NCBI GenBank assembly: GCA_963663805.2 | Contig: CAXXMR010000015.1 | Location: 1 to 64,000, forward strand | From: Sedimentisphaerales bacterium | GTDB lineage: Bacteria; Planctomycetota; Phycisphaerae; Sedimentisphaerales; SM23-30 | Direction: 5' to 3' | Length of the DNA stretch: 64,000 nucleotides | Part shown: in pieces, positions 1-10,035 of the stretch | How positions within the stretch are numbered: position 1 is the first letter of the stretch | Layout of the letters: every line of letters begins with the position of its first letter | Program-made: the position numbers and the translations under genes | The notes under the pieces: model-generated | What the model saw: only the letters and a program-made list of their open reading frames with translations | Databases searched by the model: none | What the model was told of the DNA's origin: nothing

Positions 1-1
1 C

Positions 2-844
2 AATCTCAAACCACCTCTGAGGTACCTCGTGAATGTCAATGTGCTGACCACCGGTTTTGATGCGCCCAATGTCGATTGTGTGGTTCTGCTGCGGCCCACT
101 AATTCACCGGGCTTGTATTATCAGTGCGTGGGACGGGGCTTTCGACTGCATCCCGAGAAGCAGGATTGCCTGGTTTTGGATTTTGCGGGGAATATTCTGC
201 GGCACGGTCCGATTGATGCTCTGCAGATTAAAGATAAATCCACTGGTTCCGGCGAAGCCCCCGCCAAGGAGTGCCCCGAATGCCAGGCCCTCATCCACGC
301 AGCATATGCTGTCTGTCCGGAATGTGGTTTTGAATTTCCCGCTCCCAATAAGAGCCGCCATGAAGCCCAGGCCGATACCGCGGCGGTGCTCACCGGTGAG
401 ATTGAAGATACCGAATACAGCGTTCAAGATGTTTTTTATGCGGTACATACCAAACGCGGCGCGGACAAAGACACACCCCGGACCATGCGGGTGCAATATC
501 AGGTGGGCTGGCACCATTACATCAGCGAATGGGTATGCCCCGAACATAGCGGTTGGGCCCGACAGAAGTTCGAGAAATGGTGGAACCAGCGCTCCATGTG
601 TCCGCCGCCCCGCAGTGCCCATGAAACGGTCCTGCTGGCTGAAGATGGCGCTCTGGCCCGCACGAAGATGATCACTGTACGCAGTGTCTCGGGCGAGAAG
701 TTTGACCGGGTTATCGGCTATGAGCTGGGCGAAAAGCCCGAGTATGCCCCCGAGCCGGGCTGGAATGATGAAGCTGATAACACAGATGATTACAGTTCCC
801 TCAGCGCGGGTCTGGACTGGGATGAAGCGGATATTCCGTTCTGA
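2..844 (+). CDS. Phage SF2 (RadD/YejH-like) helicase, C-terminal part; 5' end lies outside the window
   Basis: Helicase motifs V/VI (NVLTTGFDAPNVD, YQCVGRGFR), CPEC..CPEC Zn finger, acidic tail ending DIPF. Confidence 0.85.
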   Translation, partial: NLKPPLRYLVNVNVLTTGFDAPNVDCVVLLRPTNSPGLYYQCVGRGFRLHPEKQDCLVLDFAGNILRHGPIDALQIKDKSTGSGEAPAKECPECQALIHAAYAVCPECGFEFPAPNKSRHEAQADTAAVLTGEIEDTEYSVQDVFYAVHTKRGADKDTPRTMRVQYQVGWHHYISEWVCPEHSGWARQKFEKWWNQRSMCPPPRSAHETVLLAEDGALARTKMITVRSVSGEKFDRVIGYELGEKPEYAPEPGWNDEADNTDDYSSLSAGLDWDEADIPF

Positions 845-860
845 TAAAGGAGAATATCTT

Positions 861-1973
861 ATGAAAAACACAATTGAATATGACATTATTATTGACCCGG
901 AATTTGAAAGCCAGATTCCGCCTTTGACACCTGAGCAATTTGCGGATCTGGAAGAATTAATGTTGTGCGATGGCTGTCTTACCCCTCTGATTGTCTGGAG
1001 TGGCTGCAATATTCTGCTGGACGGCCACAATCGCAAGGCAATCTGCGATAAATATGGCATCGATTACAAGGTGCGGGAACTGTGTTTTGATTCGCGGGAA
1101 AGCGCGGCGGACTGGATTGACGCCCAGCAGTTGGGACGGCGCAACTTGACACCGGTCCAGATGTCTATCATTCGCGGTCGCCGGTACAATCGCCAGAAGG
1201 GAACTTGGGGTGGAGATCATCGTATCGAAAAAGCAAGCTCACAAAATGAGGGTTTGCGTACTGCAGAAAAAATAGCCCGAGTATATGGTGTGAGTCGGGC
1301 CACCGTTGAGCGTGATGGGCGTTTTGTTGATGCTGTGAAAAAGCTCGGCATTAAAAAACAGGCCGTCCGGGGCGATATCACTGCACCTCGTCACAAAGTC
1401 ATTGAGCTGGTACAGCAATTAGGCGACCATCCCTCCGCCGAGCAGATTGAGCAGGTAAAGAAACAGGTTACTGCTCCGCACGTCTCGAAAAATTCTGGCG
1501 ATAATGAATGGTACACCCCCAGACAATATATCCAGCTCGCCCGGCAGGTGATGGGCGGTATTGATCTGGACCCGGCTTCCTGCGAGGCCGCTAATAAGGT
1601 TGTCCAGGCCGCGAGATTCTACGACGAGGATGAGGATGGCCTCATTCAGGACTGGCAGGGCCGGGTGTTCATGAACCCACCCTATGCTCAGCCGCATATT
1701 CAGCGTTTCTGCGAAAAACTCGCCCGGCATATCAGCAGCGGTGAAGTGTCCGAGGCGGTGGTACTGGTAAATAACGCCACCGAAACCCGCTGGGGGCAGA
1801 TGCTGCTCGGCCTGGCCGCGGCGGTATGTTTCCCGGCCGGGAGAGTGAAATTCTGGCATCCCGAAAAAGTATCCGCGCCGCTGCAGGGTCAGATGATCCT
1901 GTATTTCGGTTCGGAAAGAGAAAAATTCACCCATTTATTTAAAGAAGAAGGAGTCATTTGCCATGGTCGCTAA
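861..1973 (+). CDS. ParB-like N-terminal domain fused to phage Dam-like N6-adenine DNA methyltransferase
   Basis: AAGGAG RBS before ATG 861; LLDGHNR (ParB-like); EWYTP, DLDPAS, VFMNPPY motifs. Confidence 0.85.
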   Translation: MKNTIEYDIIIDPEFESQIPPLTPEQFADLEELMLCDGCLTPLIVWSGCNILLDGHNRKAICDKYGIDYKVRELCFDSRESAADWIDAQQLGRRNLTPVQMSIIRGRRYNRQKGTWGGDHRIEKASSQNEGLRTAEKIARVYGVSRATVERDGRFVDAVKKLGIKKQAVRGDITAPRHKVIELVQQLGDHPSAEQIEQVKKQVTAPHVSKNSGDNEWYTPRQYIQLARQVMGGIDLDPASCEAANKVVQAARFYDEDEDGLIQDWQGRVFMNPPYAQPHIQRFCEKLARHISSGEVSEAVVLVNNATETRWGQMLLGLAAAVCFPAGRVKFWHPEKVSAPLQGQMILYFGSEREKFTHLFKEEGVICHGR

Positions 1974-2385
1974 TGGATATAACCCGCTACGTTGGGATTG
2001 TGAAAAACAGGGCTGTTTCAATCAGAAGAAGCGGCCCAAGATCGAGATCTTCGCTGATTGTTTGCCCGGTAAGATCGCCTTGGGCGATGTGGACGGCCTG
2101 GTGGAGATTCAGGGGAATCTGCTGTTTCTGGAATTCAAGGAACATGGCCGTATCCCCCGGGGTCAGCAGATTCTCTTTGAGCGCTTGACTCGATTGTGTC
2201 CGGCTACGGTGCTGGTAGTGGAAGCCGACACCGAGACCATGGATATTTTCGGGGTCAGTTACATCTTCGACGGCAAGATTGAGCCGCAGGTTCTCATGAA
2301 TCAGGAAGGACTCAAGAATCTGGTGAGAAGCTGGGCTGATTGGGCTCAGCATAACCCGGCCTTCAAATGCAAGGTGTCAACCTGA
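1963..2385 (+). CDS. Hypothetical phage protein, possibly PD-(D/E)XK-like
   Basis: Coupled to neighbours; GDVDG..FLEFK motif. Confidence 0.6.
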   Translation: MVANGYNPLRWDCEKQGCFNQKKRPKIEIFADCLPGKIALGDVDGLVEIQGNLLFLEFKEHGRIPRGQQILFERLTRLCPATVLVVEADTETMDIFGVSYIFDGKIEPQVLMNQEGLKNLVRSWADWAQHNPAFKCKVST

Positions 2386-2451
2386 TTTAGGGCCGGCAGC
2401 ACAGTCAAGCTTAATGGTAATTACTCAATAATCCAAATTGATGGAGAACTT

Positions 2452-3162
2452 ATGTCAAAATACACATTGGAAAAACTGGAACAGGATATTACGGAAATCA
2501 TCAACGATCTGTCAGCTCTAAGGGCCGCCAAGGGACATGATTACAGTGGCAGCGCAGACACCCTCGACAACCTGCGCGAGTTCGGCAGCCACGGTGTCCT
2601 GGTGCGGATTGGCGATAAATTTAAACGGCTCAAGCATTTCTATCAGCAAGGAGTGCTGCAAGTGGCGGATGAGAAGATCACCGATACCATGGATGATTTG
2701 ATCAATTATGCCCTCTATCTCAAGATCATGTATGGCCAGGAAACCGCCGCAAATAATAAAACCCTGCGCTGTTATTTCGCTCGCGCGGTACGCGGCGTGA
2801 ACGGTGATGCTGCCTCGGTCGCAGAGGTCAAGGCCAATATCCAGGCCGCCCTGCAGGAGGTTGCATCTTTACGCGAGACGGTTTCTGACCTGGAAATCTA
2901 CTGTCCGCACGAACATGAGGACCGTTATCAGCAGGCTTGGCGGGAAGGCCTCTTCAGTAGTGTCGATGTTCTGAATCAGTGTCTGGCGATTGTACGGCTC
3001 TGTGAGGTGGTGCTGGTGGCATCTGATCCAGCTTCCAGTGCCGGGGTGGCGGTGGAGATCGAGGAGGCCCGCAAGTATGAACTGCCGGTCTTGCATTTGT
3101 GGTGCCATCCCCCGGAGAAATGGCCCGATCTGATCAACGCTTATAAAGAGAGCATTCACTAA
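2452..3162 (+). CDS. Nucleotide-modification-associated domain (DUF1599-like) fused to nucleoside 2-deoxyribosyltransferase-like domain
   Basis: KGHDY..VLVRIGDKFKRL..DTMDDLINYALY; C-terminal CYFA..SAGVAVEIEEARKYELPV. Confidence 0.65.
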   Translation: MSKYTLEKLEQDITEIINDLSALRAAKGHDYSGSADTLDNLREFGSHGVLVRIGDKFKRLKHFYQQGVLQVADEKITDTMDDLINYALYLKIMYGQETAANNKTLRCYFARAVRGVNGDAASVAEVKANIQAALQEVASLRETVSDLEIYCPHEHEDRYQQAWREGLFSSVDVLNQCLAIVRLCEVVLVASDPASSAGVAVEIEEARKYELPVLHLWCHPPEKWPDLINAYKESIH

Positions 3163-3213
3163 AGGCTGAGATTTTCCCTTAAGCAATCATCTAAGCGAAG
3201 GAGAGCATAACCC

Positions 3214-5376
3214 TTGCGAGATACCGCCCAAGCATATGGGGGCGCCGGTTTGGCTGTCTTGCCGGCCCGACGTCAGGACAAACGGCCGGCGCTGGGCTCC
3301 TGGAAACAGTACCAGAGGCGACTGCCGACGGAGATTGAGCTGTCAGCCTGGTTCAGTAATAACCACGAGGCAATCTGCATAATTACCGGAAAGATCAGCG
3401 GCAATCTGGAGATCATTGATTTCGATAATGGTGGTGAGCTGTTCGATAAATGGTATGCGCTGATAATTGAGGCCGATGCCGACCTGGCGGATAAGCTGGT
3501 GATCGAACAGACCCCTTCGGGAGGCTACCATGTCATCTATCGTTGCGAGTCTGAAGTCTGCGGTAATCTGAAACTGGCCCAGCGTAAAACCGGCGCCAAG
3601 GTACAGACGCTCATCGAGACCCGGGGTGAAGGAGGGCTCTTTTTGTGTGCCCCCACCGCTGGTTATGAGCTTATCCAGGGCGAATTAACGGAGTTACCGG
3701 TTTTGACGGCCCCGGAGCGGGAAATGCTCTTACAGCTGGCCTGGGAGCTTAATGAGCACCTCCCCCCTACCGAGAATCAGAACCCGCAACACCATCCGAC
3801 CGCCCCGGATCAGTTACGGCCCGGGGATGATTATAATGCCCGGGGCGATATCCGGGAGCTGCTCCGCAGCCATGGCTGGGCTCAGGTGAGCACTTACGGT
3901 GATAACGAACGCTGGCGCCGGCCGGATAAAACCCAAGGCTGGTCCGCCACCTTGCGGGTTACGGATAAAGTGTTCTATGTTTTCAGTTCCAATGCTGCCC
4001 CATTTGAGCCGGATACCGCTTATGGTCCGTTTCAGGTTTATACCCTGCTGGAACATGGTGGGGATTTTTCCCGTGCGGCCCAGGAACTCAAGCGTAGTGG
4101 CTATGGTGAAAACCTGGCAACTACTCTCCCTGATGATGTTGATCTTTCCGGCCTGTTGGCAGGTATTGATGAACAGTGTCTCACGGCCCGGGATAATTCC
4201 CAGAACCAGGCGATCCTCGAACGCTTTGCCCCTAAAACGCTTACGCAGCGATTTGCAGAATTCAAAGGGTTGAACCCTCCTATCATCCACGGACTGTTAC
4301 GGGAAGGTGAGACTATGAACATTATCGCCAGTCCCAAGGTGGGCAAATCATGGCTGGCTTCAAGCCTTAGCATTTCGGTCGCCAGCGGCCTGGACTGGAT
4401 GGGTTTTCGGGTCGAGCAGGGTAATGTCCTGCACATCGATAACGAACTGCACGACAATACCAGTACTTATCGCCATGGCGTGGTTTCTGACGCGATGGGC
4501 GTCGCTAAACGACTCTACAGCGATAACGTGACCTCGATAAGCCTGAGAGGCAAACTGGCTAACCTGAACGATCTGGGCTTGTTGTTTGGAGCTTATCCGC
4601 CCGGGGCATTTAAGCTTGTCATTATCGATGCCTTCTATCGAACCCTTCCCAGCGGAACGGACGAAAATGACAATGGCGCCATCGCCGGTCTCTATAATTT
4701 AATTGATCGCTACGCCTCTTACCTCGGTTGTGCGTTCGTACTGATTCATCATGCCAGTAAGGGCAATCAGTCCGGCAAATCAGTAACCGATGTCGGGGCC
4801 GGAGCGGGCAGTCAATCGCGGGCAGTTGACACCCATGTGATATTACGGCCCCACGAGGAAGATGATATTACGGTAATGGAAGCGGCGGTTCGCAGCTGGC
4901 CGCCCCTTGAGCCTTTGGCATTATCGTGGAACTGGCCGCTATTCGAAACCACAGATGAGGTTGATACCTCGGCGTTGTTGGGTATTAGTAAGCCCAAAGA
5001 GAAGGCCCGGGAGCCAACGCTTAATGAATTTGTCGATTCCTGCATCGGCGTTAATGATCCCTGTTCGAATCGCTCCATTATTTATGAAGCCCGGCAGCAA
5101 TATCGTCTGTCAGAACGCAAGGCCAATGACATGCTGGACCTGGCCCGGGACCGGGGATTGACTATGAAAATACGAGTGGGTTCAGCCATGAAATATATCA
5201 AGGTAAGGGAGGGTGTCACCGGAGACAAAGGTCTGTTGGTAGCTGCGAAATTGGCACATTTTCCGGATGCCGACAGCTCGGAAATCGCCCGGGAATTCGA
5301 GGTAACTCGGCAGTATGTCAACACCGTAAAACGCGGATTAGAGGTCGCAAAAATGGGGCAATCAGGTGGAAACTGA
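3214..5376 (+). CDS. Bifunctional primase/polymerase fused to AAA_25/RepA-type helicase
   Basis: IIDFD and TPSGGYH Prim-Pol motifs; ASPKVGKS Walker A, LVIIDAF Walker B, LIHHASK. Confidence 0.9.
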   Translation: MRDTAQAYGGAGLAVLPARRQDKRPALGSWKQYQRRLPTEIELSAWFSNNHEAICIITGKISGNLEIIDFDNGGELFDKWYALIIEADADLADKLVIEQTPSGGYHVIYRCESEVCGNLKLAQRKTGAKVQTLIETRGEGGLFLCAPTAGYELIQGELTELPVLTAPEREMLLQLAWELNEHLPPTENQNPQHHPTAPDQLRPGDDYNARGDIRELLRSHGWAQVSTYGDNERWRRPDKTQGWSATLRVTDKVFYVFSSNAAPFEPDTAYGPFQVYTLLEHGGDFSRAAQELKRSGYGENLATTLPDDVDLSGLLAGIDEQCLTARDNSQNQAILERFAPKTLTQRFAEFKGLNPPIIHGLLREGETMNIIASPKVGKSWLASSLSISVASGLDWMGFRVEQGNVLHIDNELHDNTSTYRHGVVSDAMGVAKRLYSDNVTSISLRGKLANLNDLGLLFGAYPPGAFKLVIIDAFYRTLPSGTDENDNGAIAGLYNLIDRYASYLGCAFVLIHHASKGNQSGKSVTDVGAGAGSQSRAVDTHVILRPHEEDDITVMEAAVRSWPPLEPLALSWNWPLFETTDEVDTSALLGISKPKEKAREPTLNEFVDSCIGVNDPCSNRSIIYEARQQYRLSERKANDMLDLARDRGLTMKIRVGSAMKYIKVREGVTGDKGLLVAAKLAHFPDADSSEIAREFEVTRQYVNTVKRGLEVAKMGQSGGN

Positions 5377-5736
5377 GTGGAAACTGGCGGAAACTGAGTT
5401 TCCAAAAAAGTGGAAACTAGTTTCCCGGGGCAAATTCATAACATTATTTAAAATAAGGACTTATGTGGTGGAAACTGAAAACCGTGCCTATTTTGCTGCG
5501 GCGCGTCGCAAAACGTGTCGCAGTTTCCAGGGCGTCTCTTTTGTAAGGCCCGTAAATACAAGAACTTATAAAAAAACAAGTGGAAACTATGCTGGAAACT
5601 GCGCGCACCTACCCCCTACGGGGGTATATGCGGGTGTTTGAAACACCCCGCAATATCCCCCCAGACGTAGGGGCACGCGACGGGCAAAAAACACACTCGA
5701 AAATTAGAAAGAAAGGACAGCACGAAAATGGAAACT
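5366..5736. repeat. Cluster of GGAAACT direct/inverted repeats and a GC-rich hairpin; candidate phage replication origin
   Basis: GGAAACT at 5368, 5379, 5389, 5412, 5470, 5582, 5594, 5730; AGTTTCC at 5397, 5419, 5522; hairpin about 5613-5673. Confidence 0.55.
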
Positions 5737-5970
5737 CACAAAAATGCCAACGCCGCAATTTTACCTGAACCTGTTAGTGATGGTGATAACCATCTCCCCG
5801 GCGTACCCGATGTCGTCGTCGATCACCCTTGCGGAATATCGTTACGTGATCACTTCGCGGCCCAGGCCTTAAGAGGACTGCTGTCGTCTGGATGCGCGTT
5901 CACGTGGGAAGAATGCGCGGTCCGGGCTTATGAAATCGCCGATGCGATGTTGGAGCGTAGGGGTAGTTGA
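5728..5970 (+). CDS. Conserved small phage protein
   Basis: LRDHFAAQAL..AYEIADAML motif common in phage small proteins. Confidence 0.75.
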   Translation: METHKNANAAILPEPVSDGDNHLPGVPDVVVDHPCGISLRDHFAAQALRGLLSSGCAFTWEECAVRAYEIADAMLERRGS

Positions 5971-6052
5971 CGAGCCTGAAGCTCCGGTTCAGGACGTCGG
6001 GGTCGCAATGGAAAAAGAACTTACTCATTCTCAATTTGGAAAGGAAAAAATT

Positions 6053-6397
6053 ATGAAAGATGTCAGCTGTTTTAATTGTCGTTTTTATTCACCGGAAGAA
6101 TATGGTTCACCGATTTATGAGTTTGAAACCCTTATCAATGAACCTGAAGAGGGCCGGGAAGGTATATGCCGGTTCAATCCGCCGGTTCTGGGTGAGTTGC
6201 TCACAGATCACAGGGGTGAGGAGTTTCGACACTATGGCGAATGGCCCAAGACCAGGGCGGGACAGTGGTGCGGACGGTTTGAGCGGAGGGATGAACCGGT
6301 AAATAAAACACCGGTGGCAGCCAACCATGAGGCAGACAAGGAATGCCAGTCGCATAAAAACGTCACAGTTGGCCGTAGATTAAAAAAAACAAATTGA
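6053..6397 (+). CDS. Cys-containing hypothetical phage protein
   Basis: AAGGA RBS; CFNC..CRFNPP..WP..WCGRF pattern. Confidence 0.6.
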   Translation: MKDVSCFNCRFYSPEEYGSPIYEFETLINEPEEGREGICRFNPPVLGELLTDHRGEEFRHYGEWPKTRAGQWCGRFERRDEPVNKTPVAANHEADKECQSHKNVTVGRRLKKTN

Positions 6398-6852
6398 GAC
6401 ACTCAAGGCATGACTGCCTTGCGATCTATCAACCACGGGCCACCTGTGGCGTTTTAGGGATAACCGTAAAAGGCGAATCGAAAGATGAGGAAATGACGAC
6501 TTGTTGGCCACAGCATGATAACAGGGACATTGTACTACTATTATGGTAACTGGAATAAAATTGAGTTCACAAACCTGTCCGAAATGTCGGCAAAGCTGCG
6601 CCTTTAGTGAGGGTTTTAACGCGGGACACTATGCCATAATGGCAGATGAAAACAAGGCAAAAAATGACAAAAACCAAAAGCTGTACGAAACGCGCAGAAA
6701 ACCGGTACGAAATACCTCGAAACCTGTTCATTTTGCAATAGGTACTTCCTGCCAATACGACAGGTTGAGGGCATAGGGAACAGTCGCCTTATATTACAGA
6801 GTTTGTTAAAAGTGGCGCTTTTTTGAAACATATTTTTTAAGGAGATTTTTAC

Positions 6853-7720
6853 ATGAAGAATTTTGAAGTTGAACTGCGGGAACTGGATGCGATTAAACCT
6901 TACGAGCAAAACCCCCGGCTCAATGACGATGCTGTGGCGGCAGTGGCGGATTCCTTGCGGGAGTTTGGCTTTCGTCAACCCGTGGTCACAAATAACCTAT
7001 TACTTATGGTTGATACCGACGGCATCATCGTCTGCGGCCACACCCGCTGGAAAGCGGCCCAACAACTCGAGCTAAAAAAAATTCCCGTCCACGTGGCGAC
7101 GGACCTGAGCCCGGAGCAGATTCGCGCTTATAGGATCGCCGACAATAAAACCGGGGAACTGGCCGAGTGGGATTTTGAGATTCTGCCGATTGAACTGGCG
7201 GAACTGCGCGAGGCCGGTTTCGATCTGGAGCTGCTGGCTTTCGATGAAAAAGAACTCACCCAACTGCTGGATGTGGATATCAAACAGGGGCTTACGGACC
7301 CCGATTCCATACCCGAGCCGCCGGATGACCCGATCACCCAGCCCGGTGACATTTGGATTTTGGGTGAACATCGTCTCATGTGCGGTGACTCGGCGAGCGA
7401 GTCTGATTTGGATAAGCTCTTATCCAATAATAAAATAGGACTATTATATTGTGACCCGCCCTATAATGTCGCGGTGGAGCCACGCAGCAACAACGCCATC
7501 GCGGCGGGTCTGTCATCATTTTCGAACACGCATCATCAAAACTTTGATGTCGAGCGTCACCCGGGAAAAGCTGCGGGCACCACCAAAAAAATGCGGGCCA
7601 AGGACCGCCCGCTGGCCAATGATTTCATTTCTGAAGAACAGTTCGATGAACTGCTGGCCGCGTGGTTCAATAATGCCGCCCGGGTCATGAAACCGTGGGC
7701 CAGTTTTTACATTTGGGGAG
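6853..7720 (+). CDS. ParB-like domain + N4/N6 DNA methyltransferase, exon 1
   Basis: PYEQNPR, GHTR, IADNK (ParB); HRLMCGDS and DPPY; ends in FYIWG-G at the intron. Confidence 0.9.
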
Positions 7721-10035
7721 TGACGTCCGTTCGGGTTGCGTAAGTAAGCGGCGTCGCAATGCGACGTAACCGTCGTGATAGAACGGTATCACGATCCTAC
7801 CTCCGGCGTTTGCCGCATTAGGACATGCGGTGGATGGTTAGTACCCGGAGGCACAACGGGAAGCACTGAACGGTCCTGAACGTTCTTGGAGGCTTCTCAA
7901 GGATAGATGGATATGGCTAAGTTTGTCACAACTGAACCTCAGCGTCTGGCCGTGAAATGTACGGTCGTCTCACTCAGGACGACGGGACGATGGAACCGTA
8001 CCGCCACACCGCCCCGTGGCGGGAAAGGTTGCCCTTGCGGCACCCGGGCCGAAGGTCCGTTCAATCAGAAGGCCGGTTCCAACAGGCATGCTTCGCATGT
8101 TATGGCGCGAATGAGGAGCCTACGTCCATCGGACAAATGCTTACGTAACTACCGGAGAAGCCTGACGGGATGGTTGACCGAGTCCGTATCGGAATGTCCG
8201 TCAGGTGGCAGAGTTCCCGTAGTAGCGATGAAGCGGGGTAACGTCCGCCGAGCGAAGGGGAACAGGTTGTCAGTGAATTCAAGAAGCCAACGAGAGGGCA
8301 TGACCTCATGAACGTGGAACATTGGATTCACAGACTCTCACGACTTGCCGGCGAGGACACGAACAAGCGGTTCGACCGCTTGTATCGGGAAATCGCCAAG
8401 CCGGAGTTCCTCTGGTTCGCCTACGATCAGATCAAGGGCAACCGGGGGAGTCGCACGCCGGGGGCCGATGGTCAGACCGCATCCGATTGGACAATCGGTA
8501 AGGTCGAATCCCTCTCGGCCGCGCTGCGGGACGGGAACTACCAGCCCCAACCCGTACGGCGTGTGTACATCCCGAAGAAGTCCGGGAAGCTCCGGCCGTT
8601 GGGTATTCCCGCGTTCGAAGACCGCGTGGTTCAAAGCGCGGTCAAGATCGTGCTGGAGGCGTTGTACGAGCCAATCTTCCTGGATTGCTCGCACGGATTC
8701 CGCCCCGGCAAGGGATGCCACACGGCATTGCACGCCGTACAGGACTGTCCGAATGTTCGGATGGACTGGGTGGTCGAAGGAGACATCAAGGGCTTCTTCG
8801 ATCATGTGTCGCACCATATTCTGCTGAAGCTTCTGCACAAGCGGATACGGGACGACCGCCTCCTGAAGCTGATCGCCAACTTCCTGAAAGCGGGATACTT
8901 CGACCGCGACATGTGGAACCCGACGAAAGAAGGGACTCCACAGGGCGGCATTATCTCGCCGACACTGGCCAACATCTACCTTCATGAACTGGATCAGTTC
9001 GTGGTGGAACAGATTGGGGCCAATCAGGGATGCCGTGAGACGCCACAGGAGGTCCGGGACAGGATCAATCCGGAGTACCGATTGGTTGATAACCGAATCG
9101 GGAAGCGTCGCGATAGGCTCCGCCGACGCGGAGACCAATTGAGTGATGAGGAACGGGCCGCCGTCGAAGCGGACCTGGCCGCACTGCTCAAGAAGCGTCG
9201 TTCACTGCCTCGGATGATCAAGCCGATCAAGCCTCGGATCGTCTATGTTCGGTACGCCGATGACTTCGTGATCGTGCTCCGCAACATGTCGCAGACGACA
9301 GCGGAAAGGATCAAACAACGCCTCACGGAATGGCTGCGGGACAGCCTCCGGCTCGAATTGAGTCCGGAAAAGACGCTGGTCACGCATATCAGCGACGGCT
9401 TCGTATTCCTTGGGTACAAGTTCGCCGCACGAAAGCGCGACACCCTGTGCACGCCTTCTGTGAAGATGATGATCCCGTACAACGCCGTTGCGGCGAAAGT
9501 GAACACGGTCCGTGACATCTGCGCGAAGCAGAGTCTCTCGGAAGCGGAAGTGATACGCAAGATCAACAGCTCTCTGCGCGGTTGGATGATGTACTACTCG
9601 TGCGTCTCCGTACCAAGCAAGGTGTTCAATTACGTCCTACACAAGACGTTCTGGGCGTATGCATCTTACGTATCCCGCAAGCACCGGCTGACCATCAAAC
9701 AGGCTGCGCAGCGGTGGGTGCGACGTTGCCCCGCCAACAGCCTGCACATGGTGGAAGGCAAGAAGACTTGGTGCGCCACCGAGCAGACAACAGACGGCGA
9801 ACTGCGAACGGAATGGCTGATCTGCAAAGCCATCCCGAAGCGCCGTCTTCCTTCGGTCGCAGGTCGCATCGGCAGCAAGCCCCATCCGTACCTCTATACG
9901 GTGGGAGGCAAGTCATGATGATGTTGACGACTGGAGAGCCGTGTGCGGTCAAAGCCGCTCGCACGGTTCGGAGAGGGCTGTTGAGAAACGTACCTGTTCA
10001 TCGTGAACAGGCTACGCGCTCAGCTTCTACTCTAT
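7721..10035 (+). mobile_element. Group II intron, IIA-like, 2315 nt
   Basis: RT ORF; domain V about 9936-9969 with AGC triad; domain VI with bulged A10029 and ..CTCTAT end; removal restores FYIWGGYANLANYP in frame. Confidence 0.9.
8308..9918 (+). CDS. ltrA: Group II intron reverse transcriptase/maturase, no HNH domain
   Basis: TPGADG, RPLGIP, HGFRPG, EGDIKGFFD, GTPQGGIISP, YVRYADD, FLGY, domain X (LRGWMMYY). Confidence 0.93.
   Translation: MNVEHWIHRLSRLAGEDTNKRFDRLYREIAKPEFLWFAYDQIKGNRGSRTPGADGQTASDWTIGKVESLSAALRDGNYQPQPVRRVYIPKKSGKLRPLGIPAFEDRVVQSAVKIVLEALYEPIFLDCSHGFRPGKGCHTALHAVQDCPNVRMDWVVEGDIKGFFDHVSHHILLKLLHKRIRDDRLLKLIANFLKAGYFDRDMWNPTKEGTPQGGIISPTLANIYLHELDQFVVEQIGANQGCRETPQEVRDRINPEYRLVDNRIGKRRDRLRRRGDQLSDEERAAVEADLAALLKKRRSLPRMIKPIKPRIVYVRYADDFVIVLRNMSQTTAERIKQRLTEWLRDSLRLELSPEKTLVTHISDGFVFLGYKFAARKRDTLCTPSVKMMIPYNAVAAKVNTVRDICAKQSLSEAEVIRKINSSLRGWMMYYSCVSVPSKVFNYVLHKTFWAYASYVSRKHRLTIKQAAQRWVRRCPANSLHMVEGKKTWCATEQTTDGELRTEWLICKAIPKRRLPSVAGRIGSKPHPYLYTVGGKS

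Noticed and set aside
684..860. Upstream extension of the ParB-Dam ORF
   Set aside because: Overlaps the helicase; the RBS supports ATG 861
5366..5768. Short ORFs starting MET.. at 5366 and 5580
   Set aside because: By-products of the TGGAAAC repeats
6738..6790. Possible cos/pac-associated motif (AGGTACTTCC..GGGAACAGTCGC)
   Set aside because: Position before the packaging region is suggestive, but nothing in this sequence alone supports a function
8308..9918. RT as retron, DGR or defence RT
   Set aside because: Domain X, domains V/VI and a split host gene identify a group II intron; no template/variable repeat pair seen
9582..10035. N-terminal extension of ORF 9582-10562
   Set aside because: Intron sequence read in another frame; the real coding part starts at 10036
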